From Caedibacter taeniospiralis (GTDB taxonomy: Bacteria; Pseudomonadota; Gammaproteobacteria; Francisellales; Francisellaceae), in contig NZ_PGGB02000002.1 in NCBI RefSeq assembly GCF_002803295.2, positions 103,476 through 135,475 on the forward strand: DNA of 32,000 bases, written 5' to 3'. Made by a program: the position numbers and the translations under genes. Every line of letters starts with the position of its first letter. Positions within the stretch are counted from its first letter, which is position 1. Below are positions 10,348 through 19,121 of this stretch, one piece after another. The notes beneath the pieces were generated by a model that was not told the origin of the DNA, did no database searches, and was given only the letters and a program-made list of their open reading frames with translations.

Positions 10348-10668
10348 TTAGTTGATTTCAGTAGCTAAAAAATCAGAAAATATATCCCCCAAACCGTGAA
10401 TTATAAGGAGCTGATGAGCGTTTTCTGAGTTTAATTGCACAAGCTGCAGTTTGATATTATGCAGTTTGCAATGATGAATGGTATTCAGCAGAAGTGAAAT
10501 TCCAGCGCTATCAATTTGCTCAAGGTTCGAAAGATCAATAGACAACCACTCTATCGGCGCATTTTCTTTTAGCGCAGTCTTTAGCTGCGCGTCAACACGC
10601 ATCACTGTGGCAAATGTTAAATCACCACTTAAACGCCAGTTATTGGGATTTTTTACTGATAAGCTCAT
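10348..10668 (-). CDS. mlaB: STAS-domain phospholipid transport protein MlaB-like
   Basis: MSLSVKNPNNWRLSGDLTFATV...IEWLSIDLSNLEQIDSAGISLLLNTIHHCKLHNIKLQLVQLN; STAS fold motif and position after mlaC. The longer ORF to 10773 is probably upstream over-extension. Confidence 0.82.
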   Translation of the reverse strand: MSLSVKNPNNWRLSGDLTFATVMRVDAQLKTALKENAPIEWLSIDLSNLEQIDSAGISLLLNTIHHCKLHNIKLQLVQLNSENAHQLLIIHGLGDIFSDFLATEIN

Positions 10669-11395
10669 GGTTTTTCTTTTCGATGGCAAGGTTGATGTCT
10701 TTAAGGGTTTTGTAGTCTTGAAATTGTGCTTTGAAATTATCCAATATGCTAACCCCAGCAACCGATAAATCATAAATTTTCCATTGTGGGTTGGTGTTAA
10801 GCGATGATTTTCTAACGCTAGTTTTAAGCATTTTTATGCTCATATCAGAGGCTGAGTTATTTTGCAGATTGGTAATCTTTCCGGTGACAACCACAAGTCG
10901 TTGTTCTTTCCAGGAGTCATTACTAAAGGGGAAAATTTGAATAGCATAGTTTCCTGCTTGGGCAATATTTTCAATATAGGAATAAGCAAGCATTTGTGTG
11001 ATTTCAGTGATAAACTTTTGCTGCTCAGCCTCAGTTGCCGTTTGCCACCGAGTTTTACCAACTAAAAGCTGGGCAATAATATCACTGGCCAAAAGTGGCA
11101 TAACTCTCGTATCAATCAGCTGAACGAGAGTCCGTGGATCCTTCTTTAACTGATCTTTGTTTTGAATAAGTGTTTTTTGTGTATCAACGATGGAATTTTG
11201 TAATAATTGTACTGGATCAGACAAATCGATCTGCTTGTCGGTATTGCTCTGTATTGACTTGATTTCTGAGGGCTTGGCTGCTTGAGATTGGGAATGATCG
11301 CTTGTTGAAATAGACTCACTGGCAAAGCTTAATTGAACCACGCTGATTAAAAAAATGCCATTTAAAAGACCGAATACCTTTTCTTTTGACATCAT
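10640..11395 (-). CDS. mlaC: Phospholipid-binding protein MlaC
   Basis: Signal peptide-like N-terminus; RVMPLLASDIIAQLLVGKTRWQTATEAEQQKFITEITQMLAYSYIENI and WKIYDLSVAGVSILDNFKAQF typical of MlaC/Ttg2D; position between mlaD and mlaB. Confidence 0.88.
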   Translation of the reverse strand: MMSKEKVFGLLNGIFLISVVQLSFASESISTSDHSQSQAAKPSEIKSIQSNTDKQIDLSDPVQLLQNSIVDTQKTLIQNKDQLKKDPRTLVQLIDTRVMPLLASDIIAQLLVGKTRWQTATEAEQQKFITEITQMLAYSYIENIAQAGNYAIQIFPFSNDSWKEQRLVVVTGKITNLQNNSASDMSIKMLKTSVRKSSLNTNPQWKIYDLSVAGVSILDNFKAQFQDYKTLKDINLAIEKKNHELISKKSQ

Positions 11396-11889
11396 TTCTT
11401 ATCTCCAGATCCAGAAACAAAGGTGTTAATCAGTGAATTAAGGTTAATCGCTGAAGAGGTATTCGACAACTCAATTGTGCTGCCATTGTGTAAATATTTA
11501 CTGTCATATAAGTCAGGAAGATCAATATTAGAAGGGTGCAGGGCGATAAAACTATCCCCTAAAATACCACTGGTATCAATTGCAGCACCATAGCTGCTAG
11601 GAATCTTGTCATATTTTTTGTCAATATTAATAAGCGCATTCGCAATAAAACCATTATAGCTTTGGTTTAGTGAGATCGATTCGACCTTTCCAATTTCAAC
11701 CCCAGCAATGCGAACTGCCGCACCTGGACGCAGGCTGCCAATATTTTGAAACTGTGCATTAACCTGATAGCTATTATTGCTAAGCCCAGAGAGCGATAAT
11801 CCGCTGACTTTCAGTGCCATAAAAATAAGTGCAATAATACCCGCTAGGACAAACATGCCCACGAGTAGCTCATAAGATTTTTTGTACAT
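11392..11889 (-). CDS. mlaD: Outer membrane lipid asymmetry maintenance protein MlaD (MCE domain)
   Basis: N-terminal TM anchor followed by NSYQVNAQFQNIGSLRPGAAVRIAGVEIGKVESISL...VAGVRIG-type MCE motif; GILGDSFIALHPS. Confidence 0.93.
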   Translation of the reverse strand: MYKKSYELLVGMFVLAGIIALIFMALKVSGLSLSGLSNNSYQVNAQFQNIGSLRPGAAVRIAGVEIGKVESISLNQSYNGFIANALINIDKKYDKIPSSYGAAIDTSGILGDSFIALHPSNIDLPDLYDSKYLHNGSTIELSNTSSAINLNSLINTFVSGSGDKK

Positions 11890-11896
11890 GGTTTAT

Positions 11897-12667
11897 TTAG
11901 ACTCCTTTGAACATTAACGCGGTCATGAGAAAATCCAGACCTAAAATTACTAAAGAGGAATAGACCACCGTTTTGGTGGTCGCCTCTGCGATACCAGCAG
12001 AGTTGGCGTGACAGCTATAGCCTTGATAAAGTGAGATGACAGCAATCGCAATACCAAAGACCAGACTTTTGAGTACCCCGTTGAGTACATCATCATAAAA
12101 CAACACGGAAGCCTGCATATTTCCCCAAAATGTGCCACCAAAAAGCCCCAGGAGCTTCACTCCAATGAGATAACCTCCCCAAATAGAGATAGTGCAGAAA
12201 ATTAAATTAAGAATAGGGACGCTTAAAACGCACGCCCAAAAGCGAGGTGCCAGGATAAAGCGCACGGGATCTACGCCCATCATATTTAAGCTGGCAAGTT
12301 GCTCAGTTGCTTTCATAAGACCGACTTCAGAGGTCAAGGCACTTCCTGCGCGTCCTGCAAACAACAAGGCAGTGACCACAGGACCTAGCTCGCGAATAAT
12401 ACTTAATGCAACCATGGGACCAAGTGCCGATTCGGCACTGAATTTGGCTAAGGTGTAAAAACCCTGAAGGGATAATACAAAGCCAATAAATAGACCTGAA
12501 ACAAGGATAATCAAGACGGAATTAATGCCAACATGATAGGTTTGATCAATGATTCCCCGAGTGCTGCTTCGACCAAAAATAATCTCCAGTGCCAGCAAGA
12601 TGGATTGCCCCAGATTAGTTAGGGCATTTAAAGTGAACCGACCAAGCAGTTGTAGCGGATTGAGCAT
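11897..12667 (-). CDS. mlaE: Lipid asymmetry ABC transporter permease MlaE
   Basis: GFVLSLQGFYTLAKFSAESALGPMVALSIIRELGPVVTALLFAGRAGSALTSEVGLMKATEQLASLNMMGVDP is the MlaE/Ttg2B permease signature. Confidence 0.95.
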   Translation of the reverse strand: MLNPLQLLGRFTLNALTNLGQSILLALEIIFGRSSTRGIIDQTYHVGINSVLIILVSGLFIGFVLSLQGFYTLAKFSAESALGPMVALSIIRELGPVVTALLFAGRAGSALTSEVGLMKATEQLASLNMMGVDPVRFILAPRFWACVLSVPILNLIFCTISIWGGYLIGVKLLGLFGGTFWGNMQASVLFYDDVLNGVLKSLVFGIAIAVISLYQGYSCHANSAGIAEATTKTVVYSSLVILGLDFLMTALMFKGV

Positions 12668-12677
12668 ACGTTTTTCC

Positions 12678-13475
12678 TTATTTCAACGAAGTGACAAAAT
12701 CAGGCGCGGGATAATCAAAGGCAACAGGACCATTAACAGAGCCAGATAAAAACTGTGCTACAAATGGATCCTGGCTGTTTTTGATCTCTTTGGGAGACCC
12801 TTCAATTATCGCTTGTTGATTGGCAATGATAATCACATGATCAGCAATGCCCATCACTTCGGCAATATCGTGGGAGACAATGACAGAAGTCATATGGAGT
12901 GCGTCATTGAGTTTTTTGATTAAAGTCAAAATGACTTTTAAGGAAATAGGATCCTGACCAGTGAAAGGCTCGTCATAAAGCATAAGTTCAGGGTCAAGTG
13001 CCATCGCGCGCGCAAGAGCTACACGTCTTGCCATGCCTCCTGATAATTCGCTTGGCATCATTTGAGTTGTCCCGCGTAAGCCAACTGCTTGTAACTTCAT
13101 CAGCACCAGGTTATGAATGAGAGGCTCACTGAGTTTACTATTCTGCCTTAGTGGGAAGGCAACATTGTCAAAAACAGATAGCTGGGTGAAAAGCGCACCT
13201 GATTGGAATAAAACGCCCATCTTTTTGCGTAATGCCAAGAGCGCTTTTTTATTTAACGCGGTAAGATCTTGATTGAGCACTTTAATCTGACCGCTATTGG
13301 CTTTGATTAATTTGCCAATAAGGTGTAAAAGCGTTGTTTTCCCCGTGCCAGAAGGTCCAAGTATTGCCGTTATTTTACCCTTGGGAATTGTACAGTTTAA
13401 ATTGCTATAAATGCATTTTGAGCCGCGGTAAAACGAGACATTTTTAAAGTTGGCAGCAGAAATTTGTTCAGACAT
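12678..13475 (-). CDS. mlaF: Lipid asymmetry ABC transporter ATP-binding protein MlaF
   Basis: Walker A ILGPSGTGKTTLLHL, signature LSGGMARRVALARAMALDPELMLYDEPFTGQDPIS, H-loop IVSHDI. Confidence 0.94.
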   Translation of the reverse strand: MSEQISAANFKNVSFYRGSKCIYSNLNCTIPKGKITAILGPSGTGKTTLLHLIGKLIKANSGQIKVLNQDLTALNKKALLALRKKMGVLFQSGALFTQLSVFDNVAFPLRQNSKLSEPLIHNLVLMKLQAVGLRGTTQMMPSELSGGMARRVALARAMALDPELMLYDEPFTGQDPISLKVILTLIKKLNDALHMTSVIVSHDIAEVMGIADHVIIIANQQAIIEGSPKEIKNSQDPFVAQFLSGSVNGPVAFDYPAPDFVTSLK

Positions 13476-13774
13476 CAGGCATTCATCTGTTTGGTTAAAT
13501 GTTTATTTTCTTCGGGAATGGTGACATTAAGTTCAAGCACGGAGCAATCACCATGATCGTCAAGCTCAATTTTAATGTCCTCAGGTGCTATGTGAACATA
13601 TTTCTTTAATACTGCCACAATTTCCCCCTGTAGTTTCTTGATGAACTCAGATTTTGGGTTATCATGATTGAGTTCACTACGCTGATGGGCAACAATGATT
13701 TGTAAGCGCTCTCTAGCAATATGTGCACTATTTTTCTCTGGTCGTTTTGCTTTGAAGTAATCAAACAATCCCAT
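13475..13774 (-). CDS. minE: Cell division topological specificity factor MinE
   Basis: MGLFDYFKAKRPEKNSAHIARERLQIIVAHQRSE...LKKYVHIAPEDIKIELDDHGDCSVLELNVTIPE; directly after minD. Confidence 0.94.
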   Translation of the reverse strand: MGLFDYFKAKRPEKNSAHIARERLQIIVAHQRSELNHDNPKSEFIKKLQGEIVAVLKKYVHIAPEDIKIELDDHGDCSVLELNVTIPEENKHLTKQMNA

Positions 13775-13775
13775 G

Positions 13776-14651
13776 TTATTTCCCTCCAAATAAGCGTTTT
13801 AGAAAGCTTGGTTTTTCTGCGCTGATAAAGCGAAGTGGTCTGTCGTGACCTAAAAAGCGATCAATGGCATCGATATAAGCCTGACTGGCCTCAGTGTCCT
13901 GATAAGCAGTAACGGGTGTGCCAGAGTTTGATGCTTGAAGGACAGTCTTTGATTCTGGGATAACACCTAAAAGTGGAATTGACAATACATCTTTGACATC
14001 ATCTAAAGACAGCATTTCTCCCTGGCTTACGCGATGTGGATCATAGCGTGTGATCAGGAGTTTTGCCTCCACAGACTCACCTTTTTCTTTGGCTTTTTTG
14101 GTCTTACTTGCCAGCACGCCAATAATACGATCAGAATCTCTTACCGAGGAGACTTCGGGGTTGGTGACAACAATGGCTTTATCAGCATGGTGCATCGCCA
14201 TTAAGGCTCCTTTTTCAATCCCTGCTGGGGAGTCACAGATAATGTAATCAAATTTTTGCTGCAACTCTGCCATGATTTCCTCTAGACCTGATTCAGTTAG
14301 TGCGTCTTTGTCACGGGTTTGTGAGGCAGGAAGAATATAGAGATTTTCTGAACGTTTGTCTTTAATCAGCGTCTGGTTAATGTTGGATTCTTTATTGATC
14401 AAACTGATAAGATCATAAACAACGCGGCGTTCACAGCCCATGACAAGATCAAGATTTCTAAGACCGACATCAAAGTCGATGACAACTGTCTTGAAACCTT
14501 TCATGGCTAAAGCTAATGAAATTGCGGCGCTTGTGGTAGTTTTCCCGACTCCTCCTTTACCAGAGGTAATGACCACGGTCGTTGCACGTGGTTTTGGATT
14601 TGAGTTAGTTTGTTTAGAATCTTTACTCACGGTGTTTAGTCCTTGATTCAA
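13776..14651 (-). CDS. minD: Septum site-determining protein MinD
   Basis: Deviant Walker A VITSGKGGVGKTTTSAAISLALAMKGFKTVVIDFDVGLRNLDLVMGCERRVVYDL; C-terminal amphipathic helix region PSFLKRLFGGK. Confidence 0.97.
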   Translation of the reverse strand: MNQGLNTVSKDSKQTNSNPKPRATTVVITSGKGGVGKTTTSAAISLALAMKGFKTVVIDFDVGLRNLDLVMGCERRVVYDLISLINKESNINQTLIKDKRSENLYILPASQTRDKDALTESGLEEIMAELQQKFDYIICDSPAGIEKGALMAMHHADKAIVVTNPEVSSVRDSDRIIGVLASKTKKAKEKGESVEAKLLITRYDPHRVSQGEMLSLDDVKDVLSIPLLGVIPESKTVLQASNSGTPVTAYQDTEASQAYIDAIDRFLGHDRPLRFISAEKPSFLKRLFGGK

Positions 14652-14688
14652 TGGTTATTGTTCTAAGTGGAGCGTGTTTTAAGCTTGA

Positions 14689-15372
14689 TCAGATTAAGCC
14701 GATCATGATTGTACCGTCTTTTAGCTGAATTTGATAGCCGTTATTGTCATTTCCAAGCGCCTGTACTGGTTCTTCAAATATCTTATATTGGCCTGCAATT
14801 GATACAAGATCTGCTTCGAGTTTATGACAAAAAATTCGAGCATTGGTGTCACCATCAAGACCCGCAATTGCGCGTCCTCTTAAGGTGCCATAGACATGGA
14901 TGTTACCACTGGCTAAAAGTTCAGCGCCAGAGCTTACAGAAGATAGCACAATAAGATCTCCCTGTTGTGAAATAACCTGCTGTCCTGAGCGCACACGGGT
15001 CTCGATAATCTTATGCTGTGAGGTCGAAACCTTATTGGCTGGAGTCACAGGAGCAGGCATATTTTTACCTTCTTTGAAAATAGGAAAACCTTTTGTTTGA
15101 AGTATTTCAGCTAAGTTGTTATCGAGTAGTCGGAAGCCAACAGGAAGCAAGGTATGTTTTTTTAACACGGCTGTTAGGTTCTCTATAAACTCGAGTGTCA
15201 GTTCAGTTGCTAACGCATTAAGCTCAACCACCATCGGTGTATTATTAAAAAATTGTGGTGCCTGTTTGATTTTGGTCGTGATTTGTTTTTCAATGTCATC
15301 AAGATCCTTACTTAGGATTTGCAATACGCTTAGCGTAAATAGACTTCCCTTGATTTGAAACGCTGCAGGCAT
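14689..15372 (-). CDS. minC: Septum site-determining protein MinC
   Basis: FQIKGSLFTLSVLQIL N-terminal domain; RVRSGQQVISQQGDLIVLSSVSSGAELLASGNIHVYGTLRGRAIAGLDGDTNARIFCHKLEADLVSIAGQY C-terminal beta-helix domain. Confidence 0.95.
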   Translation of the reverse strand: MPAAFQIKGSLFTLSVLQILSKDLDDIEKQITTKIKQAPQFFNNTPMVVELNALATELTLEFIENLTAVLKKHTLLPVGFRLLDNNLAEILQTKGFPIFKEGKNMPAPVTPANKVSTSQHKIIETRVRSGQQVISQQGDLIVLSSVSSGAELLASGNIHVYGTLRGRAIAGLDGDTNARIFCHKLEADLVSIAGQYKIFEEPVQALGNDNNGYQIQLKDGTIMIGLI

Positions 15373-15502
15373 CTTGTTTCCCTTGTTAATTTAAATACAA
15401 TCGGTATTATTGAAAACGTATCGAGTTTATAACGAATATCCTTAGAATTGGCAAGGTTAATTGGTGTCTTTGTGTGATAAATCTACGAATTAAGGTGAGG
15501 GT

Positions 15503-16504
15503 GTGTTGCGTGATAAAACAAAAAAAATAGTTGGTCTTAATATTGGATTACTTTTAGGATTAGTCATTCTGCTCATGGGTATCGCCTGGTTTTCTTATGC
15601 AAAAGTATCGAATTTGACAATTGAGCTCGCAAGCCAAATATTTTGGCAGTATCAGCTTGTTATCTGGTGCGCAGCTATTTTGGTCGGTGGAGGGCTCGGT
15701 GTCAGCGGTGCTGTTTTACAGCTGGTACTACGCAACCCGCTTGCTGATGCCAGTATTCTTGGCATCTCGTCAGGCAGCCAGTTTGTTGGATTAGCTCTTT
15801 TATTTGTTTTACCTGGTTATTTTAAGAGCGTATTTGAGTATTCCTATCTGTTGTTCTTTACGGCTTGTGTTGTTGGTGCATTGATGGTATTAATCCTGTT
15901 TTTATTGGTTATTGCCATTCAGGATAGGCTTGCCAATATTGCTGTAGTTATTTTGCTCGGCGTTGGAGTGTCGGCAGGGTTTAGTGCGTTGACGGCTCTG
16001 GTAATGAGTTTTAGCGACGCGCAAACACTACAGCAAATGACATTATGGCAGTTTGGTGGTTTTGTTAATGTCAGCTGGTTGCAAGTGTTGATACTTGGCA
16101 TGGTTACTCTTGTGTTTTGTACCTTTACCTTTCATCAGCATCAAGCTTTTGATCTATTGAGTCTTGGAGAGACAGAAGCCGCGATGATGGGGCTTGATGT
16201 GAAGCAGTTACTGATTTTATTGGTTGTTTTTTTGGCATTCCTGGTCGCTGCTATTGTTTCCATTGCAGGACCCGTTGCTTTCTTAGGGCTTGTTGCGCCC
16301 CATGTGGCAAGAATGTGTATTGGCACTAACAAAATGAAATACCTGTTGATTACCAGTTTCCTGTGGGGCGCGATATTGATGCTCATCAGTCAGTTTTTAT
16401 CACAAAACATCCTTTATCCGATGGTTATTCCTGTCGGTATTATTACGGCATTAATTGGAGCCCCATTTTTGATCTTTTTAGTCATTAGAACGCTTGGTCG
16501 TTAA
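15503..16504 (+). CDS. FecCD/BtuC-type iron/cobalamin ABC transporter permease
   Basis: 333 aa multi-TM; GGGLGVSGAVLQLVLRNPLADASILGISSGSQFVGLAL and GPVAFLGLVAPHVARM are FecCD signature motifs. Confidence 0.9.
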   Translation: MLRDKTKKIVGLNIGLLLGLVILLMGIAWFSYAKVSNLTIELASQIFWQYQLVIWCAAILVGGGLGVSGAVLQLVLRNPLADASILGISSGSQFVGLALLFVLPGYFKSVFEYSYLLFFTACVVGALMVLILFLLVIAIQDRLANIAVVILLGVGVSAGFSALTALVMSFSDAQTLQQMTLWQFGGFVNVSWLQVLILGMVTLVFCTFTFHQHQAFDLLSLGETEAAMMGLDVKQLLILLVVFLAFLVAAIVSIAGPVAFLGLVAPHVARMCIGTNKMKYLLITSFLWGAILMLISQFLSQNILYPMVIPVGIITALIGAPFLIFLVIRTLGR

Positions 16505-16585
16505 ATAGGGCAATAAACAGCATGGATTGTCATAAGATGACTGTGCTATGATAGCCATTAATTTAAATTTAGACCGTTAATTTAC

Positions 16586-17002
16586 ATGAGTCGTTTACAA
16601 CAAAATATTATTTATGCAGGGATTTTAATTGCCGTTATTGGCTTTTTTTGGGCAATTGTCCCCAAAACAAACTATGAGGCACATGCTGTTTATTTGCCGC
16701 AAACCGAAGAAGTTTACAGTCCAGTAAAGCCTGAAGAAGTTCAGTTTTATGCCTCAGAAGATATGAATCTGCGCAAAGCTGTGCCTGTCAATAATTTCAG
16801 TGAATCTCCGATTGGCATTATTCGTAGTGATACACATTACACTACAAAGGAAGAAATTCAGGTAGCTTGTGAGCAAAATGTGCAAAAAGCAAAAGCCTTA
16901 GCGGCTCAATATGGTGCGACAAAAGTCATGGGTAATTGTGTGGCTTCGGGTAATACAGGACCGTTAGATGGTGCCAATCTTTATGCTTACGCCTATCGTT
17001 AA
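16586..17002 (+). CDS. Uncharacterised membrane-anchored protein (138 aa)
   Basis: Single N-terminal hydrophobic segment (NIIYAGILIAVIGFFWAIVP) then a soluble domain with EVQFYASEDMNLRKAVPVNNFSESPIGIIRSD; between two confident genes and with sensible coding spacing. Confidence 0.75.
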   Translation: MSRLQQNIIYAGILIAVIGFFWAIVPKTNYEAHAVYLPQTEEVYSPVKPEEVQFYASEDMNLRKAVPVNNFSESPIGIIRSDTHYTTKEEIQVACEQNVQKAKALAAQYGATKVMGNCVASGNTGPLDGANLYAYAYR

Positions 17003-17017
17003 TCAGTATTTATCCGC

Positions 17018-17983
17018 ATGCAAAATAAAGCAAAATCATTACGCATCGTATTTGCAGGAACCCCTGATATTTCAGCTGAAGTTTTGAAAGCACTCATTGA
17101 CCAGAATTATAATATCGTTGGTGTGTTTACCCAGCCAGATCGCGCCAAGGGGCGCGGTAAAAAGCTGGAAAGTTCCCCAGTTAAATTGTGTGCATTGGCG
17201 CATGAGATTCCTGTTTTTCAGCCTGCATCCTTTAAAAAAGAGCCAGAGGCAGTTGCGGCATTAGTGAATTTAAAAGCCGATATTATGGTTGTTCTTGCCT
17301 ATGGTCTGTTATTGCCCAAAGCTGTTTTAAACGCACCAAAACATGGCTGCATCAATATCCATGTGTCACTCTTACCAAAATGGCGAGGAGCAGCCCCCAT
17401 TCAACGTGCAATCGAGGCAGGGGATGATAAAACTGGGGTCACGATCATGCAAATGGATGAGGGTTTAGACACGGGTGATATTCTGCATGTCGCAGAAACG
17501 CCAATTCTAGAAACAGACACGAGTCTGAGCTTACATCATCGCCTGGCAGAATTATCTATTCCAGCTGTGTGCACAGTGCTTCAAAAAGTTGCTGAGAGTA
17601 AGCTTATCCCTACACCACAGCCAAAAGGTGAGACCTATGCGCATAAGCTGAGTAAAGAAGAGGGTTTGATTGATTTTAACAACACTTGCCGTTTGATTGA
17701 CTGCAAAGTACGCGCACTTACCCCTTGGCCAAGTGCATACATAAGGCTTAACAATGAAATGGTAAAAATCGCAGATATTAGCATCCTTGCTAACACCGTC
17801 AACGCTAGGTCTGGTGAAGTTTTAGCTGTGGATAAAGAAGGGATAAAAGTTCAAGCCGTAGATGGGGTAATCAATATTGCCGCGCTCCAGTTTTCAGGGA
17901 AAAAAATGCTGTCAGTGGAGAATATTTTAAATGGCAGGGATTTAAGTTATCTGAAAGGTAGTGTTATAGTAGAAATAACATAA
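17018..17983 (+). CDS. fmt: Methionyl-tRNA formyltransferase
   Basis: RIVFAGTPDISAEVLKALI, VFTQPDRAKGRGKKLESSPVK, INIHVSLLPKWRGAAPIQRAIEAGDDKTGVTIMQMDEGLDTGDIL. Confidence 0.97.
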   Translation: MQNKAKSLRIVFAGTPDISAEVLKALIDQNYNIVGVFTQPDRAKGRGKKLESSPVKLCALAHEIPVFQPASFKKEPEAVAALVNLKADIMVVLAYGLLLPKAVLNAPKHGCINIHVSLLPKWRGAAPIQRAIEAGDDKTGVTIMQMDEGLDTGDILHVAETPILETDTSLSLHHRLAELSIPAVCTVLQKVAESKLIPTPQPKGETYAHKLSKEEGLIDFNNTCRLIDCKVRALTPWPSAYIRLNNEMVKIADISILANTVNARSGEVLAVDKEGIKVQAVDGVINIAALQFSGKKMLSVENILNGRDLSYLKGSVIVEIT

Positions 17984-18031
17984 AGTTTGGAAGTGTAATC
18001 ATCAAAAATAAGGCTTGTGGCGCTCAAAGCT

Positions 18032-18057
18032 AAAGAAGCGAAACTATTTGCTTCTTT
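18032..18057. repeat. Hairpin, 8-bp inverted repeat AAAGAAGC ... GCTTCTTT downstream of fmt
   Basis: Left arm 18032-18039, right arm 18050-18057, perfect complement. No clean U-run follows, so terminator role is uncertain. Confidence 0.6.
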
Positions 18058-18070
18058 CGGGCGCTTTTCG

Positions 18071-18185
18071 CCCCCTCTTGAAAAGAGAGGAATCTGGCAA
18101 CAACTGGTCGGAAAATTCCCCTCTTTCCAAGAGGGGTGCCTCGCAAGCCTGACTCTCTAGAGTGACCAGGCTTGCGAGGCGGGGT
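18071..18185. repeat. Composite palindromic intergenic element (REP/MITE-like)
   Basis: CCCCTCTT (18118-18125)/AAGAGGGG (18129-18136) with 3-nt loop, then CCTCGCAAGCCTG (18139-18151)/CAGGCTTGCGAGG (18167-18179) with a nested ACTCT/AGAGT pair. Flanked by a related CCCCTCTTG...AAGAGAGG half-copy at 18072-18090. Confidence 0.75.
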
Positions 18186-18265
18186 GTTCAGAAGTGCAAA
18201 AGTACGTAATTGCAGTCAGCTAACAGTTGATCCTAATAACTTAAAATAAACACAGGAGTAATAAA

Positions 18266-19000
18266 ATGTTTAAGAATCTAGAAAAACAGACAGTGCCAGC
18301 GGTAACCTTCAAAACGATGCAAGATGGGCAGTGGAAGGATGTGACAAGCGGTGATATTTTCAAAGGCAAAAATGTGATTGTATTTTCGTTGCCTGGTGCG
18401 TTTACGCCAACGTGCTCGTCTTCACATGTGCCTCGTTACAATGAGCTATTCCCCGTATTTAAACAGCATGGAATTGATGCGATTGTGTGTATATCCGTCA
18501 ATGATACCTTTGTCATGAATGCCTGGAAAAAAGAGCAAAAGGTGGAAAACATTACTTTTATTCCAGATGGGAACGGTGAGTTTACCGAGAAAATGGGTCT
18601 ACTTGTCAATAAGGCTGATTTAGGCTTTGGTAAGCGCTCATGGCGCTATGCGATGCTTGTTAAAGATGGTGTCATCGCTAAGATGTTTATTGAGCCCAAT
18701 AAACCAGGTGACCCATTTGAAGTCTCTGATGCCGACACCATGCTCAAGTATGTTGCTCCTAATGCCAGGCTGCCAAAAGAGGTGACGATTTTCACCAAAC
18801 CAGGATGTCCGCATTGCCAAAGGGCAAAGACATTACTTGCAGATAACGGGCAAGTATATGATGAGGTCATCCTGGGGCAGGGAGCTTCAATGCGCACGGT
18901 TAAAGCATTAACAGGCAAACAAACCGTGCCGCAAATCTATATTGATGGACAGCATATTGGGGGTACGGATGATTTGGAGATGTATTATGCACGTAAGTGA
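18266..19000 (+). CDS. Peroxiredoxin-glutaredoxin fusion protein (PGdx-type)
   Basis: N-terminal Prx5-like domain (GKNVIVFSLPGAFTPTCSSSHVPRYNEL) and C-terminal glutaredoxin domain (VTIFTKPGCPHCQRAKTLLADNG...GKQTVPQIYIDGQHIGGTDDLEMYYA). Confidence 0.95.
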   Translation: MFKNLEKQTVPAVTFKTMQDGQWKDVTSGDIFKGKNVIVFSLPGAFTPTCSSSHVPRYNELFPVFKQHGIDAIVCISVNDTFVMNAWKKEQKVENITFIPDGNGEFTEKMGLLVNKADLGFGKRSWRYAMLVKDGVIAKMFIEPNKPGDPFEVSDADTMLKYVAPNARLPKEVTIFTKPGCPHCQRAKTLLADNGQVYDEVILGQGASMRTVKALTGKQTVPQIYIDGQHIGGTDDLEMYYARK

Positions 19001-19121
19001 AGGTGGATTATTCATTCATACAAATGTTGGGAGACTGGGTCTGTTATCGATAATTTGTCTTTGACTTAGCTTTTAACAGTCTCTAGAATCGAGTTAAATA
19101 ATCTTGAGACCATGAATTTCC

